Source: Lytechinus pictus (lineage: Eukaryota). Taken from it: a stretch of DNA of 64,000 nt. Made by a program: the position numbers and the translations under genes. The notes beneath the pieces are model-generated. The model made no database searches, had not been told where the DNA came from, and was given only the letters and a program-made list of their open reading frames with translations. Every line of letters starts with the position of its first letter. Positions within the stretch are counted from its first letter, which is position 1. Positions 49,347-62,904 of this stretch are shown here, piece after piece. The stretch is from NCBI RefSeq assembly GCF_037042905.1, contig NC_087252.1, positions 11,224,001 to 11,288,000 on the forward strand, given 5' to 3'.

Positions 49347-50512
49347 TTTTGTCTCGCCTGCATAGCAGAGCGAGACTATAGGCGCCGCTTTTCCGACGGC
49401 GACGGCGGCGGCGGCGGCGTCAACATCAAATCTTAACCTAAGGTTAAGTTTTTGAAATGACATCATAACTTAGAAAGTGTATGGACCTAGTTCATGAAAC
49501 TTGGACATAAGGTTAATCAAGTATTACTGAACATCCTGCCTGAGTTTCAGCTCACATGACCAAGGTCAAAGGTCATTTAGGGTCAATGAACTTAGACCAT
49601 GTTGGGAAAATTATTTTCAAAATCTTAACCGAAGGTTAAGTTTTTGAAATGACATCATAACTTAGAAAGTATATGGACCTAGTTCATGAAACTTAGGCAT
49701 AAGGTTAATCAAGTATTAGTGAACATCCTGCTCGAGTTTCAGGTCACGTGACCAAGGTCAAAGGTCATTTAGGGTCAATGAACTTTGGTCAAGTTGGGGG
49801 TATTTGTTGAATTACTATCATAACTTTGAAAATATATGGATCTACTCCATGAAACTTGGACATAAGGTTAATCAAGTATTAGTGAACATCCTGCTTGAGT
49901 TTCAGGTCACATGACCAAGGTCAAAGGTCATTTAGGGTCAATGAACTTTGGCCAAGTTGGGGGTATTTGTTGAATTACCATCATAACTTTGAAAATTTAT
50001 GGATCTAGTTTATAAAACTTGGACATTAGGTTAATCAAGTACCACTGAATATCCTGTGCGAGTTTCAGGTCACATGACCATGGTCAAAGGTCATTAAAGG
50101 TCAATGAACTTTGGCCGTGTTGGGGGTATTTGTTGAATTACCATCCTAACTCTGAAAGTTTATGGATCTAGTTGATAAAACTTGGGATATAAGAGTAATC
50201 AAGCATCACTGAACATCCCCTGTGAGTTTCAGGTCACAAAACCAAGTCAAAGGTCAGTTAAGGTCAATAAACTTAGGTCATGTTGGGGTAATTGTTGAAG
50301 TGCCATCATAACTTTGAAAGTTTATGGATAGAGTGAATGAAATGTGGACATGGGTGTAGTTGACAGTCTTAAGTCTCCGTTCAAATGTCATTTATGGTCA
50401 ATGAACGTGGTATTATGTCATTATATGAATGATGTTTTTGTGAATGATTATTTTATAGTAGTTTTCAAAGTTAGCACTGCTGCTATATTAAATTGCGTAA
50501 TGCAGGCGAGAG
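49347..50512 (+). mobile_element. Helentron-associated (HINE/DINE-1/pearl/Tsp-like) element with internal ~163-bp array
   Basis: TT start, subterminal IR tctcgcctgca / tgcaggcgaga, 5' hairpin, (GGC)n, and ~5.5 tandem units with gaaacttgg and aaggtcaaaggtca (periods 192, 163, 163, 163). Confidence 0.85.
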
Positions 50513-50549
50513 CAGTAGTATAGTTGTAGAGTATTATTATTATTATCAT

Positions 50550-50581
<32 letters not shown>

Positions 50582-50745
50582 ATGGTAGTAGTAGCAGTAG
50601 TAGTAGTAGTAGCAGCAGCAGTAGTAGTAGTAGTAGTAGTAATGGTAGTAGTAGCAGTAGTAGTAGTAGTAGTAGCAGCAGTAGTAGTAGTAGCAGTAGT
50701 AGTAGTAGTAGTAGTAGTAGTACAGTAGCAGTCGTCGTAGTTAGC
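50513..50745. repeat. (AGT/AGC)n microsatellite
   Basis: Seen directly. Confidence 0.95.
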
Positions 50746-50909
50746 AGTAATTATTTATTTATTCTCATTTCGTTAATTGATATTGACCAGCAGCACACGG
50801 TCATATGGTCAATTTACAAAACTTCTTGAATTACAATCCAACAAAGCAAATAAACTAAAAACCCATTCCCACCATTCTGTATCTAAAACTTAAATCTACT
50901 TACAAGATA

Positions 50910-51640
50910 TGAAGAGCTCACTTGCAAAAGGGCTAGGTCCATTTTACATCAAATCTGATTTTTATGTCTCAATGTATAAATTTTTATTAGCTCTATAAGA
51001 TGATATCAAAGAAAAGTTGAAATTCCCATTAAAAAGTGAACTAAAATGGCAAAGAAAAATCACTTTTTTTAAAGGGGTTAGGTCCATTTAAGTTTAGTTG
51101 CAAAAGGAGTTAGGTCCACACATAATTTTTTTGGAAAAGAATATCTTGAAAAATATGAAGACAGGTAGATTTCTTTTATACCCGATTTTATGTTCTCATG
51201 GTAGGGTATCATGAAAATTCAGTTTTCGGATAAGAATATTGCAATATGGGATAATTAAAAAATGATTTTCTTAGAGTGGACCTAACCTCTTTTGCAACCG
51301 AACTCTCCTGAAGAACTCATTTGTTAAAAGGGGTTAGGTCCATTTTTCATAAATTTTACTGTTTTCTGTCTCTAAACCTCTAAATTTTCAGTCGCTCTGA
51401 TGATACCAAAGAAAATTTGAAATTCAAATGAAAACGTGAATGAAAGTGGCAAAGAAAAATCACTTTTTTTAATCAAAAGAGATTGGATTCATTTCAGTTT
51501 GCTTGTAAAAGGGGTTAGGTCCACAATGATTTTTTTTTAATGTATAGAAAAAAAATTGAAGACAGGTACATTTATTTTATACCCAATTTTATGTTCACAT
51601 GATAGGGTAGTACATCATGACAATTAAGTTTCTCATAAGA
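50910..51640. mobile_element. Inverted, rearranged relative of the 47426-48019 MITE
   Basis: tgaagagctcacttgcaaaaggg... is the reverse complement of the 48019 end; internal duplication; truncated at a (GA)n run. Confidence 0.7.
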
Positions 51641-53703
51641 GATAGAGGGAGAGACAGCGAGATAGATATGTGTGGGCGTGTGTGTGTGTGAGGGCGTCTG
51701 AGTGTGTGAGGATTAGGAATGCAAAATAGAAATAGATAAGTTGAGTGAGTGAGTTAGAAAAAAAAGAGGTGAAGGAGAAGGAAGTTACATGAACAAAATA
51801 GACGCAAACAAAATATCGTCAATCAGGATTCAAAACTACAGGGACATGAATATCCTATAGATACAAATATAGATACATACATTCATCATGAGAAACATTT
51901 TTATTAATATTTTGTCAAAACAATACATGGAATCATTTCAAATCTCCATGCATGCATACGACAAAGAACGACATAAGGTGGAAGGCCGAGGAAAAGAGGC
52001 AAAAAGAAAGAGAGAGGGAGAGAGGGCGATTAAAGGAAATTGTAGATAGAATGAAAACAAACACGTGGCAGCCCAAAATAAATGCTAAATTACGTGAAGG
52101 TTACATTGATGATAATTCAATTTTGATTACCCATTTACATCTAGATAGTCGCACGATATTGATAAAGTAGACACAATTCAATGATATATTGATTGCTATT
52201 AAGTACACCTTAAGACTAACTATATACAACTTAAAACCACGGATTCGGGAATAACCCCTGTTCAAACTAAGGGTTTAGCATCGAGAAAACGACGACAGAA
52301 AAAACCCATGATAAATGAAAAAGAGGGAGGAATAGAGAAGATAAGAGAAAGATATATACATGTAAGTGATCTCGGCTATTCTATAACATTCACCACTGAT
52401 GATGATATACTAGTACGTGTCACATCAAATAACAAACATAATGAATAGAAATAGGCAATCCCCTCTGGAAAGAAGACAGTGTGGCAGAGTGTGTTCACAT
52501 TGCACACTGTAGTCAAATCTAACAGTGTAGTAGATACTGTGCTCAACTGTAGTTTGAGTCTTCACTCATAGTGGACTGTGGGAGAACGATGATGTAACAA
52601 TCCTAAACTTTACCAGAGGGCCAATGATTCCACACTGTGAACCTGCATGTAATTTTGGACGCAAGGGGGGTGTCCTTTTGAAGCGTCAGGATGACGTCAT
52701 AATTACATAATGATTAAGATGTTTGAAAATATGATAATGTCGAAAAATAGTATAAATAGAAATGACATATACTTAGAATTTAGTTAGAAACGTAAATTGC
52801 ATTATTGTCTGGCATATTTTTAAAACTTTGAATGACTGTAATTATTGTTTGTTTGATGCAGCCTACTGCCTTCTAATAACAAAACTAAAAAGACTGCATT
52901 CGCGTCAAATGCGACTGAAAATAAGAAAAGGACAAAATAGTTGCAAACAGCTGATCCCTTTCGTTTGATCAATAAGTTTAACTTCAGAATGTTAAAAGTG
53001 AACTGCAACTGCGACTTCGTATAATCCTGCATCTTATTTCACAATTTTTACCACCAATCACATGAATGATTCTTTGAAAACAGTATTACTAGTGGATTTT
53101 GTTTCATTTGAATTAAACTTTTTGAAGGGCCGTGGTGTTGTGGTAGTGGTACTGCCGCTCGCTTTGTGATTGAGAGGAGGGTCAGACGGTCGATATGACT
53201 TTTCCTGGCAGATCAACATTACATTTCCCTTCTACTCTTGGAGACGAGAGGGGGCAGTATTGTAATCAGAGTATAAGTTGAACATCGAGATACGCATTCT
53301 TATCATTTTGACCATATTTTGACCAAAAATATCAATTTTTTTTTTTGGGGGGGTCTGAAATATGATAGAATGTTGATGAGAATTAAACGTCTTAAGAAAC
53401 CCAAATCTATTATGAAATTGTGCGCTGGATTATAGCAATCAACCTCATGTAATTTACATCATCAGTTTTGAATAATTTCACGCAGAATGAGTTTTGTTAC
53501 CCAGTACTTCTTAAAAAAGACTTACGGAATGAATCGTTGTACAAACTGCCAAGATGACCAAAATGAATGACGGTCAAAACTCTTTGTAAAATTCCCGGTG
53601 ACCAATTGCTTTGTATTGACGCACCTTTTAATCGACGATTTGTGCCTTCATCCAGAACACATTCTATAATCTAAATTTCAAAGAAGGTAAAATGATGCTA
53701 TGG

Positions 53704-54265
53704 CCCGGGGGGGGGGGGGGGCACTCGACCAAAAAAGTAGTGGGTATGTGCCGCGGGCGAGACAAAAAACGGGGGCCTTGGAGCGGGCTTATTGTAAAAA
53801 GGAGGGTCCTCGGAACGGGCTTTGGAACGACAAATGTTTGTGAAAACGGGGGTCCTTGGAACGGGTCGCCTGCGTGTGATTGCGTATTCATCCCTATGGA
53901 ACGGGCATACGTGCATGCAGCTATAGCCCGGCGGCACGGGTGCCGGGTGCGCTAGCGCAGATGCGATGGTCGGACAGCGCTCTGCGACCGCTTTTCACCA
54001 AAACTGCGGCTCGTTGTAGCAGATCAATACGGCCGGAACGGCGTAACGGAAAATATGCGAAGCTTTGGAGCGGATTTCTTTCTTCTTTTTTTCTCGATAA
54101 GAAGAAAATGCTATGCTTTGGAGCGGCTTTCTTTGTTCTTTTTCTCAATGAGACAAAAATGCTATGCCTTGGAACGGAAATTTGAGTGTAAAAATGGGGG
54201 TCCCCTCCGCGGCACATACCCACTATGCATTATATACTGAGTGCCACCCCCCCCCCCCCCCCGGG
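53704..54265. mobile_element. CCCGGG-ended MITE (second family)
   Basis: TIR cccggg(g)ncactc...agtgggtatgtgccgcgg; TSD CTATGG (GCTATGGC if the terminal bases are reassigned); internal ggaacgg/ggagcgg repeats. Confidence 0.8.
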
Positions 54266-55158
54266 CTATGGCTACTTAAGGACCATACAGTGACCAATGG
54301 GGCCACACACAGTCGCGAGATATTTGGCACAATTCTTACATATTAGACCGGGGGCTGGGAGACTTTATTCAGCTGATCGGGTACATAAGGTTTGATGGTC
54401 CCAACATCTTAGCATATCAGTGGTCAAGAAAATGTGTTGCTGCCGGGTCATATCCTGTACGGAAGGCCCAGAGGACCCCATTTTTGTCGGCCATCTTTTT
54501 CATGAAAATCAATTATTTTCATGTTTTTGCACGGACAATGGGAAATCTTGAATAAATACGCATTTCACAATTTTTTTGTAGTAGTCTATATTATTCATTT
54601 AAATAGCATTCATTCATACATGATCAAGAAAATATCAAACAAAATGATAATTGCAGCTGTAAAGCACAAATCAAATTACACTGTAATAAACATAGCAGAC
54701 AAATTGTATCGGAATAGTGACATAATCCGAAATCATGCAAAAATAACAAGTCATATATGTAGCTAAAGCAAAAAAAAAAAAAAACATAACGTAAAGTAAC
54801 GTAACGTAACAGCTACGCAAACTGAAAGAATGAATGTATATTGGTATTCTCCCGCCCCAGAGCCCCCCATCACAATGATTTAGATAGTAGAAATCGATAA
54901 CAATCGTTTCCTGGACAGTCCGATTAATATTTTTTGAAAAATTTGCATGTGCATTAATATCCTTCTGTTTTGTAATTAACATCAACAACTAATGCAAAAT
55001 ATCAGCATTCAACACGAAAGAGGATATATTAACGAGAATATTGATATGCTTCATGACAGTATTAATGTCTTAACTTGCTTAGAGGGCAAATACCTCCGAA
55101 TGTGTTCCCCGATAATGCGATAAAATGACATTCAAAAACAACCTTGGCCTAGTCACAC

Positions 55159-55908
55159 CAAGAAGATTCTATGACTGGAGTTCCAACAGGCAACAAATTT
55201 ATTCAAGCAGCTGTTCATTTCTAAAGAAGCACAAAAGAAAGAACGGCAGTAAGGACCTTTTGATATCCGCCTTCGAAGCCGCCAGTTTTAGTGAATAAAT
55301 CCGAGGGGTGAAATTTTACGAATATCCATTTGTATCAACTTTCCATCTTTCATATTAATAAACAAACTGAAATTTGAATGCATGACAAAACATCAATAAC
55401 CAAGCACTATTACGACGAGATATTTGCCCAGATTATATCAATTAACCTGTAATTCGTGAAAAAAGAAAGAATTTGACCTTTACTGAAACCATATTTTTTC
55501 ACTTTTCCGATCGTTTGCGGCGAATGAAAATTTCAAATGTGGTCTGTAGAATATTGTTGTTCATTACTGTTTATGCCAGATGAGTGCCCGCACATGCCCA
55601 GACGAGCAAATTTGAGTCATATTTCAGGACATATTGCATAGTTTATTTTCTTATTTTCCCATGCCTCCGAATTATGTACTACACATATAACCAGACCAAG
55701 ATGCGGCGAAAAAGTAATTATCATCACAAAAGCATATTTCCCTTTATGTATGACCTATATCTGCGGAGTCATGCGGGAATCATTTGTCTACACAATTGCA
55801 CGAGATGTTGATCAAAGTGCATGCCTGACATACTTTCTGCTGGCGGCTTTTAACCTTGTTCAAAGAGATTTTATTTGCTGTTACTCCATCTCATTTGAAA
55901 CCTCCTTG
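55159..55908. mobile_element. P-superfamily-like MITE, deletion derivative of the 6523 family
   Basis: CAAG..CTTG termini; 7-bp TSD GTCACAC; colinear with 6523-7530 (without the SINE), then jumps to 8265-8289. Confidence 0.8.
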
Positions 55909-56189
55909 GTCACACTAATGATACCGCTACAAACAATACGCTCGCTGGCATACCTTTCAAGGGAGTACAATAGACTCAATCGGTTTTCCCCCGCCTTTGT
56001 TGTAACTAGCAGGCATAAATGCATGTGAAATCAGGGTAGCGATAGAAAGGTGTATATTACATACGACTTCTTGAAAAAGTAAGAGGAGGCATTGCAATCT
56101 CAGCATGTTGCATGCAATTTTGGTAATATTTCTATTATTTTGTGCAATAAAAGATAAGTCTCTTTTATTGCACCATTTGTCTGATTTTC

Positions 56190-56497
56190 TTTCCCCTTTC
56201 CTTTTGAGGCCTTTATCAATTTCAAGCTCTAAGCTTAAGATGAAGGTCTCACACATTTCAAAATGTATTATTGTTGATATATGTATATATATTTTTTTTC
56301 TGCTATTTTTTTTTACAATAAAAAAAAAAGAAATTTATCAGGTATATGTATATTTCAATTAGATTGTATATTATGCATATGTTATTAATTATATCATTTG
56401 CTTATTATGTTATGCTAAGAAAAAAATTATTACACTTGTATATGCTTTTTTTGGAATGTGGAAATAAATAAATCAAATCAAATCAAATCAAATCAAA
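56190..56497 (+). mobile_element. 3'UTR remnant of a Crack-like LINE
   Basis: Hairpin gaggcctttatc...caagctctaagctt...gatgaaggtctc resembling that at 19128; AATAAA followed by an (ATCAA)n tail. Confidence 0.6.
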
Positions 56498-57589
56498 TTA
56501 CGTTTGACCACCTTAAAGCAAATCCCGCAAGAGCCTGTCAAAAGCACGCCACCCTTATCCGTAGCTTGACTATAAAAATATCTTGCTTTTTGGAGCCCCC
56601 ATGGTGGCAAAAATGTCTTGGCTAGGTAGAAAAACAACTTTTATTTTCTTGAAATCACTTGGAAACGAAAGAGTAGGCTTTTCTCTATCAGCTAAATATA
56701 AAACAGTAAGGGCACAGCAAACGGCAAAGTCTACCCACTCAGGGGGCTGCCCAAGTCAACCTGCCACTTTTCGTATTTTGCCCATTTCTTGGAAAACTTT
56801 GGAGCCACATTGAGTAAAGAGCGTTTCTACTATATAGTAAAGCCACTTTATTGTTTCAAACCACACATGGGTCGTTTCTGCCGGTTAATTATGGAATGAC
56901 TCATCACGCGTGGGTCGCGTGGGTCGCTGCTGTCGGGGATTGTGTAAATGGACGCGTATAAATGTGTCAAAGCAAATTACTCACTGCAAGTGAGTCGACT
57001 GACCCATCTCGGACTCGGAAAAGTTTTCAGTGTAGATGAAAGAGTAGACTTACCTCTATCTGCTACATATAAAGAATTGCTGGCACATCGAAACCTTTCC
57101 CCTTAGAGGGTTCCAAAAGGCACCCTCCTTTTTCCGTATTTTGCCTATTAATGGGAAATCTACCAATTTGGAGCCCATATTGAGCTAAAGAGGTGTTTTT
57201 GCTAAATAACAAATCCCCTTTCCGTATTTTGCCAATTTGGAGCCACTGAAGGAGGTAGGCGTCGATGTGCCAGCATTTTTTTTATAGGTAGCTGATAGAT
57301 ATAAAGCATTTTTCTTCATTTCCAGGTGGTTTTAGAAAAATAAAACTGACTTTACTATACATGTATTTCAGAAACGCCTTTTTCCTCAAAGTGTGACTCC
57401 AAAATGACGAATTTTCTAATGATATCCGTGGTTTTGTTTTAAGACCATACGTTCACGCAAAATCTTACATAAATTGAGGCATAGGCCTATTCGTCATCAC
57501 TAATACTCTCTCCTTATCTCTCTTTACTGATCCCTCCACTATTTTGGAGATTCCGAGAAAGGTGAGGGGTAATAGAAGTAGGCTATTAT

Positions 57590-58056
57590 CTCGGCGGGAG
57601 TCAAATATATTGCTGTACACATGTGTGACCAAATAATTTCCAAACACCCTCTAAACGATTTTTTTTTTCTCTATGCAAAATAAACCCCTTAAAAAGTTTT
57701 TCGTGGGCTTTATTTACACAATTTGGCCCCTTAAAAAGTTGTCGCTAGAATATGACCTCGGGGAAAAAAGCTTGAGGAAAAAACATACCCTAACACGTTT
57801 GGCTAGTCTTAAAAAAAAAGCTTTGGAAAAAAAACATAACCTAAATACATTTGACCCCGCGATTGACCATTGACCAGTCTTTCAAAATCACCCCCAACCT
57901 TTTTCTTGAAAATCAGTGTTTTTATACCTTTAACGAGTGCACGCAAGCCAGGCCCGCGTCCAAAACTGAAGAAAAAAAAAACCCTTTACACGCGTTTTTT
58001 TTTTTTTTTGGTCACGCATGTGTACAGCAGTATATTTGACTGCCCCCCCCCCCGGG
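57590..58056. mobile_element. CCCGGG-ended MITE (MULE-like)
   Basis: TIR agtcaaatatattgctgtacacatg.gtgacc / ggtcacgcatgtgtacagcagtatatttgact; TSD GGCTATTAT (extendable to GGCTATTATCTC). Confidence 0.85.
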
Positions 58057-58236
58057 GGCTATTATCTCCTTTGGAGTGAATTGGTATCATGGTAGCCTGG
58101 GCAAAGTGATGTTGGTTGGCGTCATCATAGAGGTTTACACAGTTTGAGTAGGCCACAAGCGTAAAAAGGCAGTCCTTGATTTTGTTGATACACTGCAAAA
58201 ACTCCGGTGTTGATTTAACACCAGCCCAGAATCTAT

Positions 58237-58295
58237 GGCCCGAATTCACAAAGGTGGTATCGTTTCTGCAAAATCCACCTTTGTGAATTCGGGCC
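58237..58295. mobile_element. 59-bp hairpin mini-MITE (Harbinger-like GGCC ends)
   Basis: Perfect 21-bp TIR ggcccgaattcacaaaggtgg / ccacctttgtgaattcgggcc; TAT on both sides. Confidence 0.75.
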
Positions 58296-58490
58296 TATAT
58301 GTCCACACCAGAGAAAGGTTGTACAACACCAGTTTGGTTTTGGTCTAACACCAGAAAGGTGCTTATACAACACCAATTAGTATTAAAACAGCATCGGTTT
58401 GATTCCTAACTGGTGTTGTTTCAATATTTCTCTGGTGTGGACATAAATTACGGAGCCCGAGAGGGGACATGCATGAACATTTTTTTTAAT

Positions 58491-58850
58491 AAGTCGTTCC
58501 CACCACTTATAAGTCGTTACCACCACTTATAAGTCGTTCCCACCACTTATAAGTCGTTCCCACCACTTATAAGTCGTTCCCACCACTTATAAGTCGTTCC
58601 CACCACTTATAAGTCGTTCCCACCACTTATAAGTCGTTCCCACCACTTATAAGTCGTTCCCACCACTTATAAGTCGTTCCCACCACTTATAAGTCGTTCC
58701 CACCACTTATAAGTCGTTCCCACCACTTATAAGTCGTTCCCACCACTTATAAGTCGTTCCCACCACTTATAAGTCGTTCCCACCACTTATAAGTCGTTAC
58801 CACCACTTATAAGTCGTTCCCACCACTTATAAGTCGTTCCCACCACTTAT
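58491..58850 (+). repeat. 20-bp minisatellite x18 in left TIR
   Basis: Unit aagtcgttcccaccacttat. Confidence 0.97.
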
Positions 58851-61800
58851 TTATAACTACCACGTGATGGCATATAATTATGAAGAAGGGAGCAGTACGC
58901 CGCGCCCGCTAACTCCAGGAAGCTCCGACGCCGACGCCGAAGCTCTCAAACCAAGCCTGGCGAAAATCATCGAACTCGATGGATATAGCGCCAACGTCAA
59001 CAGACCCGGGTACCCAACATTATAACAACAACAAGAAGAAGACCGGCAGGAAGTTGGTTGGATATTCGATATTCGATATTCAAACTGTGAAGTTGGTTTG
59101 ATATTCAGGTTCGATATTCAAACGCGTGTGAAGTTGGACCAATATTCGATATTCGATATTCAAAAATTAGTGGTCTTGAAAGCTAACTAGGGGGTTAAAC
59201 AGGTGCAGCACGTCTCGGGCAACCATAACAACACTGTCACTGGCCTGCCCTAGTAAGAGGACATTCAGGGGACAAACGTCAGTGAATAAAAGGGCAGAAA
59301 ATTGTTATTTTTTTTATTTTTCTTTTCGAGGGGCCCCCACATCCCGACAGCCTACCCAGGGCAACCATGTATCCTATCTTGTAGAACTGGACTCGGGCAA
59401 CCAGATAAACACTAGTTTGACCCGGCGCATACACATTTAGGGGGCTCAAATTAACAAAGTTAAAGGGAATAAAGGGCTATTTATCGCATTTTTTATAATT
59501 AAAATAAAGTATTTTTTCAAGGGGCCCCCAGGGATATCCCGACGGCCTAGCCAGGGTAACCACGTATCCTAACTTGTAGAACTCGACTCGGGCAACCAGA
59601 TAAACACTAGCTTGACCCGGCGCATGCACATTTAGGGGGCAACTCGTTAAAGCATCTCATGAGCAGATCTTATTCATCTACTAGTATTATACTAAGTCCT
59701 AATTCCTCCGCCAATAAAATAGTTCCGAAATCTTAGTGACACCTGTATTTTTCTTTCATTTGCACAAAATTTGTTCAGTGGTTGCTCATTCTTTGTTTAT
59801 ATAATCAGTCTAATCATTATACATACTCTTTTTTGTAATCAACTTACCAAAAAAAAAATGAGAATGGGTTGGGTCGAATGAATATCTTTAGCTTTCTGTT
59901 GTAGATCGTCATCTCTTGGAGAAAAGATGGGGGCGTATATCGATACAAAACGTATTGTCATGATATAAAATATGAGTATAAAGCTCCTATGATTTTCGAG
60001 TGATTCTCATGAGACATTTTATTTTGCATGTTTAGCCTTCAATTTATTTAGTTAGCAAGGAGTTATACCCCTCCAATAAATTTTAATGAACTAAAATGTC
60101 TCTTTTAGACGATATCGCGTGACTAATTCCAAATCTATTGATTGATTGATCGACTAAATTTCCAAAGCTACTATCACATAATTAGAATTTAATTTGAAAA
60201 TAATTTTAAAGGCCAAAATTTTCTGGCTTGCTTCGCTCGCTGGCTACTTTTTCAAAATTAATTATTCCACATTTGCTTTGGTGTGCTGCCTCAACATATT
60301 TTGTTTATTATCCGCAACTGCGTTGAACTTAATATACATGTAATATGTGGTGTATGTACCCGCGATTTGATAAAAAATGGCCATCTGCAATGTTTAAAAA
60401 TATCACGAGGTTCCGGGGGCTCCGCCCCAGAACAGTGCATGGCGCCACCGAATGGGGAGGCCCCATTGAGCCCCCCCCCCCCGAAATTTGAAGGAAAAAA
60501 ATGTATATAATTCTCCAAAAATGTTTTTAGTTCTTTAAATTTTAACAATTTTCTCATCCATTCACCGTCACAGCATTTAGCTCCCAACAATTTTAGTCAC
60601 TAACATAAATCTTTCAGGCCATTATATAAAATTCAAAATGTAGCTCGCGCTACGCGCTCGCAGTTATTAATGATTATCTTTTCACATGGGGCTTAAAAAT
60701 CCAGTATTATTAGAGTTTTCATTATTCGTTTTAGCAAGATACATTATCCTGCGAATTCATAATTTTCATAAATGATATATTTTCAGCGAATTAGATAGCC
60801 ATTCAGTTCATAATTTAAAAAAAAGCTTAGAACGGCCAGGTATCATCCCGGATATCAAAAATTTTCGGCTCGCGCTTCGCGCTCGCACTATTTATTTGGT
60901 GAGATATCATCTTCATAACCCAATTAATGGAAACAGCTGATCCTTAACAGGTCCCTTTTTCATTCAGTAGGGACTGCATATAAAAATAAAATTAACTCGC
61001 AACTCTCGCTCGATTTTTTTAAAAATGTGTGTCATCCCCCCGGCCCCAAAATGTTTGTTTGCCTCATCCTAGGTTAAAAACCCTGGTGCCGTCATTGCCC
61101 CGGACCCGAACCGCATAGCACTGCCCCCCCCCCCAAAAAAAAAAAAAGTTCTACAACCGAGAACAAAAAAGAAATAATAAAAGGAAAGAAAGAAAAGGAA
61201 GATGAAAGATATGATGTCATTTTCTGCATTTCATGTCAAAATCAATCTCAAAATTACAGGTGATTTTTTTCGCTCACTTCGCTCGCTCGAGACTTATTAT
61301 TAAGCAAATATTTGCTGCGTGCGCCATGGTGTGCCCCCTCTTTTTTGTTCTAATCTCGCATTGAGCTTCGCCCTAATGTTCAGGGCATAATCATAAAATA
61401 TCCTGGTCATACAATAATATGACCCCTCCATTCTCTTTCTCTCCCTTTCCCCCTCCTTTTCTTTCCTATCTCTCCCTTTCGCTTCTCTCTCTTTTATTTT
61501 TGTCTTCTCTCTTTCTTTGTTGTTTTTTACTCTACCCATTGGCGGCAACCCTAACGGATGGGGGGACCGTGGTTCCCCATGCTTGAAATAGCCCGTATTC
61601 CTTGTTAATTTACCCCCCCCCCCCAAATGTGCATGCACCGGGTCAAGTTAGTGCTTATCTTGTTGCCCAAGTCCTGTTCTAGAAGATAGGATACGTGGTT
61701 ACCCTTGCTAGGCCGTCGGGATATCCCTGGAGGCCCCATGAAAAAAAAATGTTTTTTTTAATGGAAAAAATGCGATAAAAAGCCCTTTATTCCTTTAATT

Positions 61801-62604
61801 TTGTTAATTTGAGCCCCCTAAATGTGCATGCACCGGGTTAAACTAGTGCTTATCTTGTTGCCCAAATCCAGTTCTACAAGATAGGATACGTGGTTACCAT
61901 TGCTAGGCCGTCGGGATATCCCTGGGGGCCCCTTGCAAAAAATACTTTTTTAAATTGAAAAGATGCGATAAATAGCCCTTTATTCCTTTAATTTATTTAA
62001 TTTGAGCCCCCTAAATGTGCATGCGCCGGGTTAAACTAGTGCATATCTTGTTGCCCGAGTCCAGTTATACAAGATAGGATACATGGTTACCCTGGCTAGG
62101 CCGTCGGGATATCCCTGGGGGCCCCTTGAAAAGAAAAAATAAAAAAATAACAATTTTCTGCCCTTTTATTCACTGACGTTTGTCCCCTGAATGTCCTCTT
62201 ACTAGGGCAGGCCAGTGACAGTGTTGTTATGGTTGCCCGAGACGTGCTGCACCTGTTTAACCCCCTAGTTCGCTTTCAAGACCCCTAATTTTTGAATATC
62301 GAATATCGAATATTGGTCCAACTTCACACGCGTTTGAATATCGAACCTGAATATCAAACCAACTTCACAGTTTGAATATCGAATATCGAATATCCAACCA
62401 ACTTCCTGCCGGTCTTCTTCTTGTTGTTGTTATAATGTTGGGTACCCGGGTCTGTTGACGTTGGCGCTATATCCATCGATTTCGATGATTTTCGCCAGGC
62501 TTGGTTTGAGAGCTTCGGCGTCGGCGTCGGAGCTTCCCGGAGTTAGCGGGCGCGGCGTACTGCTCCCTTCTTCATAATTATATGCCATCACGTGGTAGTT
62601 ATAA

Positions 62605-62904
62605 ATAAGTGGTGGGAACGACTTATAAGTGGTGGGAACGACTTATAAGTGGTGGTAACGACTTATAAGTGGTGGGAACGACTTATAAGTGGTGGGAACG
62701 ACTTATAAGTGGTGGGAACGACTTATAAGTGGTGGGAACGACTTATAAGTGGTGGGAACGACTTATAAGTGGTGGGAACGACTTATAAGTGGTGGGAACG
62801 ACTTATAAGTGGTGGGAACGACTTATAAGTGGTGGGAACGACTTATAAGTGGTGGGAACGACTTATAAGTGGTGGGAACGACTTATAAGTGGTGGGAACG
62901 ACTT
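62605..62904 (-). repeat. 20-bp minisatellite x15 in right TIR
   Basis: Unit ataagtggtgggaacgactt, the reverse complement of the left unit. Confidence 0.97.

Noticed and set aside
53125..53200. Degraded SINE head
   Set aside because: Only a partial A-box-like match, with no B box or body.
53664..54346. Cluster of overlapping ORFs
   Set aside because: By-product of a GC-rich MITE.
56510..57440. Internally repeated DNA-transposon-like region
   Set aside because: Direct and inverted sub-repeats are visible, but termini and TSD could not be defined.
58491..58850. CRISPR-like array (also 62605-62904 and 4300-5737)
   Set aside because: Head-to-tail repeats without unique spacers, no cas genes, and eukaryotic TE context.
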